Part shown: positions 55,976-64,000 of the stretch, one piece after another
Numbering within the stretch: the stretch's first letter is position 1
How the letters are laid out: every line of letters begins with the position of its first letter
DNA from: Candidatus Hydrogenedentota bacterium
Lineage (GTDB): Bacteria > Hydrogenedentota > Hydrogenedentia > Hydrogenedentales > SLHB01
Direction: 5' to 3'
Assembly: GCA_034408725.1 (NCBI GenBank)
Contig: JAWXCN010000098.1
Location: 1 to 64,000, forward strand
Length of the DNA: 64,000 nt
Translations under genes and position numbers: made by a program
Notes under the pieces: generated by a model
Database searches by the model: none
Told to the model about the DNA's origin: nothing
The model's input: the letters and a program-made list of their open reading frames with translations, nothing else

Positions 55976-56068
55976 GAAGCTATCCCCTAACAGTTCGCCA
56001 CTGCCAAACGCGCGTAGCCACCTCATGCTTATACTCCCATATGCTAAGGGAGATGAGTAATTCCCGTG

Positions 56069-56635
56069 GTGACGAATCACGCACCTTGTCGCCGAGCCCA
56101 GCGCGAAGATTCGCTAGCGAAAGCCCTGCGAGACGTGCATATGGTCTATGCGATGCGGTTCAATCTGGCCACGTCTGGTAGAGCCTATTCTACTCGCATC
56201 CGGTGGACGAATCGCGCCTGTGGGGCCGCCGTGCTACGTCGAACCTAGTATAATCCGCGTGGGCCTTGTATCTCATGCCGCGAACTATCCATGGCCTAGC
56301 AGTCCGTGGCAGAAGTAATTTTGATGCGTCCCGTCCCCCGGAAAAAAGGCGTTTTTCGATATCGAAATGGTCATTTTCGACTTCTGCCACGGGCTGCTAG
56401 TGCGAAGCCATATTGTGGCACGGCTGGGCGGAAAGGCTACAAACTGAGAACGAAGATTGATATGGCGCTCGTTCGCAACACCACCCGAACGGGCCGCCCT
56501 TGTGTTGGAGAGCAATTTCTCCTCCAGATCGAAAATCTGCTTGGATGGGTCTTACGCCCAAAAAATGACGAGAGAAAACCCAAACCACCCTCGCAAGCAA
56601 ACCCGCCAAAGAGGCTAATTCGTGTCTGGCCCTGA
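56069..56635 (+). pseudogene. Second, heavily decayed RAYT/IS200-like transposase lacking its 5' end
   Basis: Fragments in shifting frames: TNH.HLVAEP, REDSLAKALRDVHMVYAMRFN, SGHVW*SLFYS, YVE, GLV..AANYPW, TRTGRP..F...IE.LLG..LRP. Confidence 0.75.
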
Positions 56636-56782
56636 ATTCATCACGCCCGCTCCCCGTCGGCCGACCCAGAAAGGACCAACCCACATAGGTGGCTGCTGTC
56701 CCCAAAAAATCACGCACGCCATGGGTGGCGTGTTGACTGGCTCCAAAACCCATGCTACCCTAAAAGTTTGGGGACACATCTA

Positions 56783-57802
56783 ATGAACCAAGAGACTAAA
56801 CGCCAGTCCCACGAGCTCACACCGGAGTTTTCGCCTCCAGAATCAGTTGAGCAAACCAGTAATTCGACTGAAGACCAAGAATACTTACTCTGGGCTCTTT
56901 TTGGCGCTGTAGTCGTATGTGTTTTCGTATTTATTACATTTATCTCTGCATCTATAAAAAGCCAAAGCAGCATTCACGTGGATTCCGCTCAACAAATTCT
57001 TTCTCAGCCTCAACCAGCTATTTCTCCTCCTTCCATTGGCGACGACGTGCAAGTAGGTGACATGCGATGGAGAGTAACTGAGGTAGTTGAGTTGGGGCCG
57101 CAAATTGGAGATCCGAAATCAGTCTTGGGTTCTCTAACGGCAGAAACTACGTCCGGTAGGTTTGTTGGGGTTAGGTTTGAAGTCCAAAATAATGGAGATA
57201 AACCAAAAGACTTTAGTTTCCACCACCTTAAAATAATCGATAGTCTTGGTCGTGAATTTGAGGCATCAGGCAGTGGATTTAAAACTCTAAATCCAACAAT
57301 AAAAATTAGCAGTGAAGTAAAATTTGAAGTTGCAAAAGAGTCCGTAGATTTAAAACTTAAAGTAGATAATCTTCACTTCTTTCTCGATAGGAAAGAGACT
57401 GTTATTGATCTTGCGCAAGCTTCTACAACGGTAAGCAGCATTGCTACACCTTCTGTCGCGCCGAATTTAAAGACGCTGAAAGTTCGCGGAATCTCTATAG
57501 ACTATTCAAGTATGCCAATTGTCAAGATAAACATTGAAATCACGAATAACTCGGATAAGCTCATCGATTCCTGGGCTCTTGATGGATCACTTTTGGACGC
57601 CGCTGGCAATGTAGTGGCAAGTAATATCTTGCGGGATAACGATCTTAAGCCAGGGGAGCCGATATACAAGCAATTGCTTTTTGTTAGAAGCGATTTTAGT
57701 CGCTCCGTTTCTTGGAAACCGAGTATCTTTTCGCTAGCAACGAAGAACGCATCGGGCCAGCTCAAGGACATCAGTGGGCAATACAAAATAGATTTTCAAT
57801 GA
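56783..57802 (+). CDS. Membrane-anchored DUF4352-like beta-sandwich protein
   Basis: Single TM; IGD.VQVG, G.FV.V.FEV.N, IIDS.GREF, LNP......FEV; second Ig-like domain; AT-rich. Confidence 0.65.
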   Translation: MNQETKRQSHELTPEFSPPESVEQTSNSTEDQEYLLWALFGAVVVCVFVFITFISASIKSQSSIHVDSAQQILSQPQPAISPPSIGDDVQVGDMRWRVTEVVELGPQIGDPKSVLGSLTAETTSGRFVGVRFEVQNNGDKPKDFSFHHLKIIDSLGREFEASGSGFKTLNPTIKISSEVKFEVAKESVDLKLKVDNLHFFLDRKETVIDLAQASTTVSSIATPSVAPNLKTLKVRGISIDYSSMPIVKINIEITNNSDKLIDSWALDGSLLDAAGNVVASNILRDNDLKPGEPIYKQLLFVRSDFSRSVSWKPSIFSLATKNASGQLKDISGQYKIDFQ

Positions 57803-58057
57803 TTCACTTTGTCTGTAATGCGGGCCTTAATTACCACGCAAAATTGATCAAAGTAGTAGAAATATAAGTCCCCGAGGGATATCCATTACGCCACTCACCG
57901 CGGACAAAAGGCATGCGCATACGACCAACTACGCAGTGCTGAAACAGCGTGGAATTGGTGCTGTCATTCCCTCTTGGCCATTTCCTTCGTGACGGGACAC
58001 GCTGTCCCTGTTTATTCACCTACGCCTAGCTCCCCGCCTAAAATCAATCGAACAAGC

Positions 58058-59146
58058 TTCCTGACCGCCAAACACCACAACGGCTATTGCCTCTGGCCCA
58101 GCAAGACGACCGAGTACAGCGTGCGGAACAGTCCATGGAAAAATGGCGAGGGCGATGTCGTGCGCGAGTTCGTCGATGCCGCGCGCCGGCACGGTTTGAA
58201 ACCGGGTCTATACCTCTCCGGCGGCGACAAACATTTTCCCTGCGCAAGCACGCCGCAGCCTATTGGCGAGCGCATACTCGAAGGTGATCGCAACGCCTAT
58301 TTTTCCGTGTACCTCGAACAACTGCGCGAACTGCTCACCAACTACGGCGAGTTGTGCATGCTTTGGTTCGATGGCGCATACGACCCCTTCGGCTGGGACG
58401 TTCGCAACGGGCAGGGCGCGTTTCTCGGTCCCGCGTTCGGCGATGCCATCGCGTTAATAGTCCACGAGCTTCAACCCAACGCGGTGATTTTCAACGGCAC
58501 ACGCCCCGACATTCGCTGGTCCGGCAGCGAACGCGGCCAGGCGACGTATCCGCTGTGGAACGTGGTGACGCCCGAAGAAGCGACGCAGGTGTGGTGCCCC
58601 GTGTACACCAATGGATACGTCCCGGCAGAGGCGGTGCTGCATCCGCGCAAAGGCTGGTTCTGGCAACCAGATACAGATGGCACATTGCTTCCGGTAAACG
58701 ACCTCATCGAAATCGTTCACAGCTCGGTAGGCAATGGCGCTAACCTGCTCATCAATCTGACGCCGGATACGCGCGGGTTGGTCCCTGATGCAGAAGTCGC
58801 GCGGATGCGGGAATTCGGCGCCGCCGGGAAACAGCTTTACGGCTCCCCGCTGGCGACGGTGGACAGCACTGACAAGTGGGAAGAAGGAAATGTACTGACG
58901 CTCAAGTTGCCAAGTGAATCGATGGTGAACCGGGTTGTGCTCGAAGAAGACCTCAAGTTTGGCCAGCGCATCAAGGAATACCGAATCGAAGCGAAAACCG
59001 CCGAGGGTTGGAAAACCGTCGCCGAGGGCCAATCAATCGGGCGGATGCGGATCGAGCGGTTCTCTCCTGTATCAACGGACGCGCTTCGACTGCGCGTTAC
59101 CAAGACGTTTCCACTACCAAAGGTCAGGCGGTTTACCGCGTTTTAG
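58058..59146 (+). pseudogene. Alpha-L-fucosidase (GH29) with C-terminal F5/8-like domain, 5'-truncated
   Basis: Homology starts abruptly at LTAKHHNGYCLWPS; PWKNG.GDVV, QLRELLTNYG, WFDGA, SVG.GANLLIN; the usual N-terminal part is absent. Confidence 0.75.
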
Positions 59147-59178
59147 GAGTTCAACACACCGTTGATAGCGCTCGTGGC

Positions 59179-59303
59179 GCCTTGGAGTGCGGTAGCGGGC
59201 AGCTACCGCTTTGGCTTCATGCGCGCCGCGGAACTTTCCAATAGTCGAAGCATTTGGCTATCCGAAGTGAAAGCGGTAGCTGCCCGCTACCGCACTCCAA
59301 GGC
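59179..59303. repeat. Repeat family E doublet with perfect 34-bp inverted ends
   Basis: 59179-59212 and 59270-59303 (GCCTTGGAGTGCGGTAGCGGGCAGCTACCGCTTT); relative at 62281-62323. Confidence 0.9.
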
Positions 59304-59402
59304 CGCTTCGCTTAGTGGTCACTCCGACGCGATGATACGACTTTGTCCTACAAATCGAGCCGGTGCTTAACCGGTAGTATCTATACTAACAGGAGGCAGT
59401 TT

Positions 59403-60044
59403 ATGTTATGTAACGCAACACGGGTTGTTCGTTCTATTCGCAGTGTACCCGTCGTAATTGCCATGGCTCTGGCATTGGCAACGGCCTGCACGCCGGACGG
59501 CAACCTGATTGTCGGGCCGGTCCGTATTACTGCGAATATCGGCGAAGCCAGTTTCGCGGAAACCTTGTTCGGCCTTAAAGGCGCTACTATTACGCACCGG
59601 CAGGAGTTTTGCGATATGCCGACCGAAGAGGAATTGTCGGAGCAGTTGCAGGGCGAGGGCTCGTTCGATATTACCCGGTTTATCCGGCCTAACAGACTCG
59701 AACTCGTCGAAACGACGATCACCGCCACCAGCGGAAACTTTGATTTCCTTACCGGGATGACCGTACGGTATATTCCTAGGCCCGGTGCGGGGCCTACCGT
59801 CGTCCTTGGGACGGCAAGCGCGTCCGGCGGTTTTGGGACGGAGATAGTTCTGGTACCCGAAGACGGAGTGGATTTTCTGGAACTGATTCGCGCGAACGAC
59901 GAAAGCCAATCGGATCAATGTTCTAAGATCGAGTACCAGATGACATTCCAGTCGGTGCCTCTGCAGGATGTCGAGTACCGATTGGATATCACGGTGGATG
60001 GGTATGTTGAACTGGGACCGGAAAAATCTTTTTCGGTTTCATAA
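59403..60044 (+). CDS. Hypothetical lipoprotein
   Basis: SD AGGAGG, hydrophobic leader ending ATAC. Confidence 0.7.
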   Translation: MLCNATRVVRSIRSVPVVIAMALALATACTPDGNLIVGPVRITANIGEASFAETLFGLKGATITHRQEFCDMPTEEELSEQLQGEGSFDITRFIRPNRLELVETTITATSGNFDFLTGMTVRYIPRPGAGPTVVLGTASASGGFGTEIVLVPEDGVDFLELIRANDESQSDQCSKIEYQMTFQSVPLQDVEYRLDITVDGYVELGPEKSFSVS

Positions 60045-60115
60045 TAGGTTGCGGGATACACGCCGATTCAGTTGAGGCATAACGCCTGGGCAGTCGGTGA
60101 GGAAAGGGAAGAGAC

Positions 60116-60325
60116 ATGGGAAAGTTTACTGCATTTATGGCCGCGTTGCTGATTATGTTCGGCGCCGCGGCGGTTTCCGGCTGCGAAAAGAAGGCGGACA
60201 CGCCTAGCGAAGCGATTTCAGAGGTTGCAGACGAGGTGAAAGATGCCGCGAAAGAAGCAGCAGATGAAACCGTGGATGCGACGAAAGAAGCAGCCGACGA
60301 AGTAAAAGAATCCATCGGTCAGTAA
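60116..60325 (+). CDS. Small acidic Ala/Glu/Lys-rich lipoprotein
   Basis: Lipobox VSGC, repeated KEAADE. Confidence 0.8.
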   Translation: MGKFTAFMAALLIMFGAAAVSGCEKKADTPSEAISEVADEVKDAAKEAADETVDATKEAADEVKESIGQ

Positions 60326-60345
60326 TATTTGCCGTAAGTTTTTTT

Positions 60346-60381
60346 GGCATCCCGCCGCCAACAGCGGCGGGATTGCCTTTT
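60346..60381 (+). terminator. Intrinsic terminator
   Basis: GGCATCCCGCCGC / GCGGCGGGATTGCC then TTTT, between convergent genes. Confidence 0.75.
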
Positions 60382-60442
60382 CTGTGCGGCAGTGCAGCCA
60401 ATCGCCTTTTTTTTGTAAGCGTGCGCGGGACGGCCCGCCAGC

Positions 60443-61945
60443 TTATCTGAGCAGTTTGCGGCCTTCCGTGCCTTTGATGCCGGTGGTGACGCGAATAAAG
60501 GCTTCTTCATCCGCGCAGGCCGATATGGCTTCCTCGCGCGTGACGAGTCCCTTCCTGAAGAGTTCGACGGCGTATTGGTCGAAGCTCTTCATTTCGCTAT
60601 CGACCTCGATGATATTATAGAGGCGCTGGATGTCGCCTTCGAGGATCGCATCGCGGACCATGGGCAGATTGCACAACAACAGTTCGATGCACGGAATCCG
60701 GCCACCACCCGTGCGCTTGAGAAGACGCTGGCAGCATACGCCTTTAAGCGTGTACGCGAGTTCCTGGCGGATGACGTCACGTTCGTCGTGTGGGAAATAA
60801 CTGATGATGCGGTTGACGGTGTCCACCGCGGTCATGGTGTGCAAGGTACTGAAGACGAGGTGGCCGGTGGATGCCGCGCTGATCGCCGCGCGGATGGTCT
60901 CGCGGTCCCGCATTTCGCCGACGAGAATCGTGTCGGGGTCTTCGCGGAGCGCGCCGCGCAACGCGTTTGCGAACGAAAACGTATCACGCCCGATCTGCCG
61001 TTGCGAGATAATGCTTTTTTTGTCCGCATAGACAAATTCGATCGGGTCTTCGATGGTGATGATGTGGGCGTGCCGGTTTTCGTTGATGTAGTCCACGAGC
61101 GATGCGAGCGTGGTTGATTTGCCGCTACCGGTTACTCCGCAGACGAGGAAGAGGCCGCGATGGGCGTCCGCGACCGCGCGGATCGTGTTTGGCAGGTTCA
61201 ATTTGTCGAAGGGAAACGGGGACTCGGGAATGAAACGGACGGCCAGGGCCATCGCGCCCATCTTGATGTAACCGCTGCATCTTAAATATGCGATGCCGGC
61301 GAGATGGTATTGAAAGCTGCTCTCTTTTTCCGTCTCGAGGATATCGACCTGCTGCTGGCCGCCGAGTTGATAAACGATTTCGCGCATGTCCTCGGCACTG
61401 AGCGGAGGATAATCGAGCGGTTTAAGGTCGCCATCGATGCGCATATACGGCGGCGTGCCGGCGCGAAGGTGGATGTCGGAACCCTGACTCTCGGTCAACT
61501 GTTCGATGAGCAGGTTGATGTTAAAATCAAGCTTGCGAAATGATTGGATACTGACGTGCCACGATTGCGAGCGGATGGATTGAGCTGCGAAATCGCACAC
61601 GATTTTGTCGATGGGCGCGAGTACCGGAAGTTGAGGCCAGTCAAACGCGGGCAACGTCAGCGAGCATTTCCCGTCGAGCACGCGGAACTGGTTCGGAATC
61701 CGGGTCTCTTCCAAACGCGCGCGAATCTCATCCGGGTTGAACTGTTCCTTTACCGGAAAATCGACGCGCAGGTATTCGACCCGCTTGCCAAAATCCGAGG
61801 ACTTGGCGATGATGGTAGCGCGGTCCGCCGTTAGGGAGAGTTCGGTGGGCAGACCCATCTTGCGGACGACTTCATGAACACCGGTCTTGAATATTTCAAA
61901 AATGGTATTGCGCGAATTCGTGCCAATTACCATGGCGCCAGACAT
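60443..61945 (-). CDS. PilT/PilU-family type IV pilus ATPase with N-terminal extension
   Basis: SDIHL, GVTGSGKSTTL, TIEDPIE, LREDPD..LVGEMRD, TGHLVFSTLH. Confidence 0.92.
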   Translation of the reverse strand: MSGAMVIGTNSRNTIFEIFKTGVHEVVRKMGLPTELSLTADRATIIAKSSDFGKRVEYLRVDFPVKEQFNPDEIRARLEETRIPNQFRVLDGKCSLTLPAFDWPQLPVLAPIDKIVCDFAAQSIRSQSWHVSIQSFRKLDFNINLLIEQLTESQGSDIHLRAGTPPYMRIDGDLKPLDYPPLSAEDMREIVYQLGGQQQVDILETEKESSFQYHLAGIAYLRCSGYIKMGAMALAVRFIPESPFPFDKLNLPNTIRAVADAHRGLFLVCGVTGSGKSTTLASLVDYINENRHAHIITIEDPIEFVYADKKSIISQRQIGRDTFSFANALRGALREDPDTILVGEMRDRETIRAAISAASTGHLVFSTLHTMTAVDTVNRIISYFPHDERDVIRQELAYTLKGVCCQRLLKRTGGGRIPCIELLLCNLPMVRDAILEGDIQRLYNIIEVDSEMKSFDQYAVELFRKGLVTREEAISACADEEAFIRVTTGIKGTEGRKLLR

Positions 61946-61996
61946 GACAAACTACTCCATACAGCATCAGCCAAAGGGGTTTCCGGGAGAGGGCGG

Positions 61997-62025
61997 AGTC
62001 TAGCACGCGGTTGCGGGGGAGTCAA
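61997..62025 (-). promoter_or_regulatory. Sigma70 promoter for the PilT-family gene
   Basis: Minus strand TTGACT-N17-TAGACT with extended -10 TG. Confidence 0.6.
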
Positions 62026-62122
62026 CGCGGCGGAACACGTTTCCTATCCGAAAGAACGAGTTGCGGTCCATCTTGCCGGCGGGTATGCTGGCGTGGCAAT
62101 CAACACCGGGAGCAAACGCATC

Positions 62123-62260
62123 ATGTGGTCGTACTATCTCTATATGGGCTTGTTGATCACGACGCTCCTTTTATGGGGAATCGTGGCCATGAAGGATGAT
62201 GGATACGAAGAAGAGCAGAAGAAAGTCGATGACAACGCCTCGAAACCGGGGGAAGGGTAG
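62123..62260 (+). CDS. Small single-pass membrane protein (45 aa)
   Basis: SD GGGAG; hydrophobic N-terminal half and charged tail. Confidence 0.5.
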   Translation: MWSYYLYMGLLITTLLLWGIVAMKDDGYEEEQKKVDDNASKPGEG

Positions 62261-62365
62261 CGCATTGCGCCGATAGAGCCAAAGCGGTAGCGCCGTCCGA
62301 AGCGGACTTTGCTACCGCGTTCCATATGGCGCTCGGTTTCTCTTCGCGCCGTCAACGTAGAAAAT

Positions 62366-62725
62366 TTAGTCTTCGCCGGGGGATTTATTGGCTCCGAGAG
62401 AGCGCAGGAAGGCATCGATATTGATGTCCGATTCAGGGGCGCCCTGTTCTGGATGGAAGCGCAGTGGATTGCGAATGTAGGCGCGCTGGCAGGTAGGGCA
62501 CAGGTCCAGCGAAAAATTTTTGTAGACGGTTTCTTCGATTTCGCGCGGGTCTTTATTGCGCATCTGTTCGATAAGTTTGATCATTTCCGCGCGATGGTTC
62601 TTCACGAGGTCGGCAAGTCCGATCTCCAGTTCATCATAGGCGGCGCGCACATCAACTTTTACGCGGTAGCGCAATTGCCCCTTCTTCATCTCGCGTCCGC
62701 ACCCGTCGCACCGATGTACCAGCAT
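62366..62725 (-). CDS. Hypothetical zinc-binding protein
   Basis: CDGC near the N-terminus and DLCPTC near the C-terminus; start ATG 62725. Confidence 0.7.
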   Translation of the reverse strand: MLVHRCDGCGREMKKGQLRYRVKVDVRAAYDELEIGLADLVKNHRAEMIKLIEQMRNKDPREIEETVYKNFSLDLCPTCQRAYIRNPLRFHPEQGAPESDINIDAFLRSLGANKSPGED

Positions 62726-62943
62726 GCACCTGCCCTTTCGCATCCGTTGGAGTAAGTATACCATCCCTCGCACGGTATTGCCGGTGTCCCGTACTACTAG
62801 GGTGAGATTGAGCGGCAGGGAATGATCGTGTATTGTAGCCACGTTTATTCTTGCATAACGGTGTAGACCAGAAATGCGGGAGTCAGACCCCGCGTTTTTT
62901 ACGCGGATGGGCCAATGTGTTGCCCTGAACAGGAGATTTTGCG

Positions 62944-63264
62944 ATGAGTACCGCTGAGAATGTTACGAAAGACAACTTCGACACTACGGTTGGAAGCGGC
63001 GTGACGCTGGTGGACTTTTGGGCCGAATGGTGCGGCCCGTGCCGAATGATGGGGCCGGTGCTCGATCAGTTGGCGCAGGAATACACAGGCAAGGCGAAAG
63101 TCGTCAAGGTCAACGTCGATAACGAGCAAGACCTCGCGATTCGATTTGATATTTCGAGCATCCCCGCGCTCATCGTGTTCAAAGATGGGCAGGTGAAGAA
63201 GCGTTTTGTCGGCGTGACCGCGAAAGGCGAATTGGCATCCGCGCTGGATGGCGCATCGTCATAA
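62944..63264 (+). CDS. trxA: Thioredoxin
   Basis: VDFWAEWCGPC, SIP; SD AGGAG. Confidence 0.97.
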   Translation: MSTAENVTKDNFDTTVGSGVTLVDFWAEWCGPCRMMGPVLDQLAQEYTGKAKVVKVNVDNEQDLAIRFDISSIPALIVFKDGQVKKRFVGVTAKGELASALDGASS

Positions 63265-63373
63265 CGGCGGGCCGCCGGATAAGTATGCATACCGGCGGGC
63301 AGTTGCAAGGGTGCGTCGCGCTTGTTGAAGCATGCGGCGGGACACCGCGGCCAGTTAGAGAGGAAAAGGTTTA

Positions 63374-64000
63374 ATGACCCCGAAGACAGTAGCAGTGGCG
63401 GGCGCAACGGGCCTCGTAGGCCGCGAAATGATGCGCGTGCTCGAGGCGCGCGATTTTCCGGTCAAGTCAATCAAACTTTTGGCGTCTGCACGGTCCAAAG
63501 GCGCAAAACTGCTGTTCAAGGGCGAGGAACTTCCCGTCGAGGAGCTTACCGAAAGCTCATTCAAGGGCATTGAGATCGCGCTGTTCAGTGCGGGAGGCGG
63601 CACGAGTAAAAGGTTCTCGCCCTTTGCCACGAAGGACGGCTGCGTCGTTGTGGACAATTCGAGCGCGTGGCGCATGGATGAAAAGGTGCCGCTGGTCGTG
63701 CCGGAAGTAAACGCCGGCGATATTTCCTGGCATCAGGGCATTATCGCGAACCCGAACTGTTCAACGATTCAGATGGTCGTCGTATTGAAGCCGCTGCACG
63801 ACGCGGCGAAAGTCGAACGGGTAATCGTTTCGACGTACCAGGCGGTTTCCGGCGCGGGGATTAAAGCCCTTGATGAATTGATGGAACAAACGCAGGCCGT
63901 ACTCGAGGGCCGCAAGCCGGAAGTAAGATTGTTTCCGCACCAGATCGCGTTCAACTGCGTCCCGCAGATACCCCAGGGCGACGCTTTCGCCGATAATGGC
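63374..64000 (+). CDS. asd: Aspartate-semialdehyde dehydrogenase (runs off the window end; not in the ORF track)
   Basis: Manual translation: MTPKTVAVAGATGLVGREM..FSAGG..DNSSAWRM..PLVVPEVN..IIANPNCSTIQM..STYQAVSGAG. Confidence 0.96.
   Translation, partial: MTPKTVAVAGATGLVGREMMRVLEARDFPVKSIKLLASARSKGAKLLFKGEELPVEELTESSFKGIEIALFSAGGGTSKRFSPFATKDGCVVVDNSSAWRMDEKVPLVVPEVNAGDISWHQGIIANPNCSTIQMVVVLKPLHDAAKVERVIVSTYQAVSGAGIKALDELMEQTQAVLEGRKPEVRLFPHQIAFNCVPQIPQGDAFADNG

Overview
Gene-dense, high-GC bacterial chromosomal window. The gene style (alginate-export-like barrel, DUF1592/DUF1552 pair, Tat oxidoreductases, carboxypeptidase-regulatory repeat protein) suggests a Hydrogenedentota or PVC-like organism; this is inference only. 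About 50 CDS are present: two short flagellins each with a near-consensus sigma28 promoter, an NtrC-type two-component pair, carbohydrate enzymes and transporters, a peptidase C39-RimK-GCS2 operon, ettA, mdh, amtB, panE, an acyl-CoA dehydrogenase, a PilT-family ATPase, trxA and asd (partial). No rRNA, tRNA or CRISPR array was seen. Notable observations: (1) a ~220-nt flagellin 5' leader of four hairpins with ANGGA loops (seven ANGGA motifs), resembling a CsrB-like CsrA sponge in cis; (2) many dispersed palindromic or short-repeat families, three of which sit in frame inside proteins; (3) an AT-rich island of two decayed REP-associated tyrosine transposases around a DUF3800 gene, ending at a 5'-truncated fucosidase; (4) a GH42 with Arg at the acid/base Glu position, upstream of a GT2 plus TMTC-like GT-C pair; (5) an uncharacterised peptide ligase/peptidase operon.
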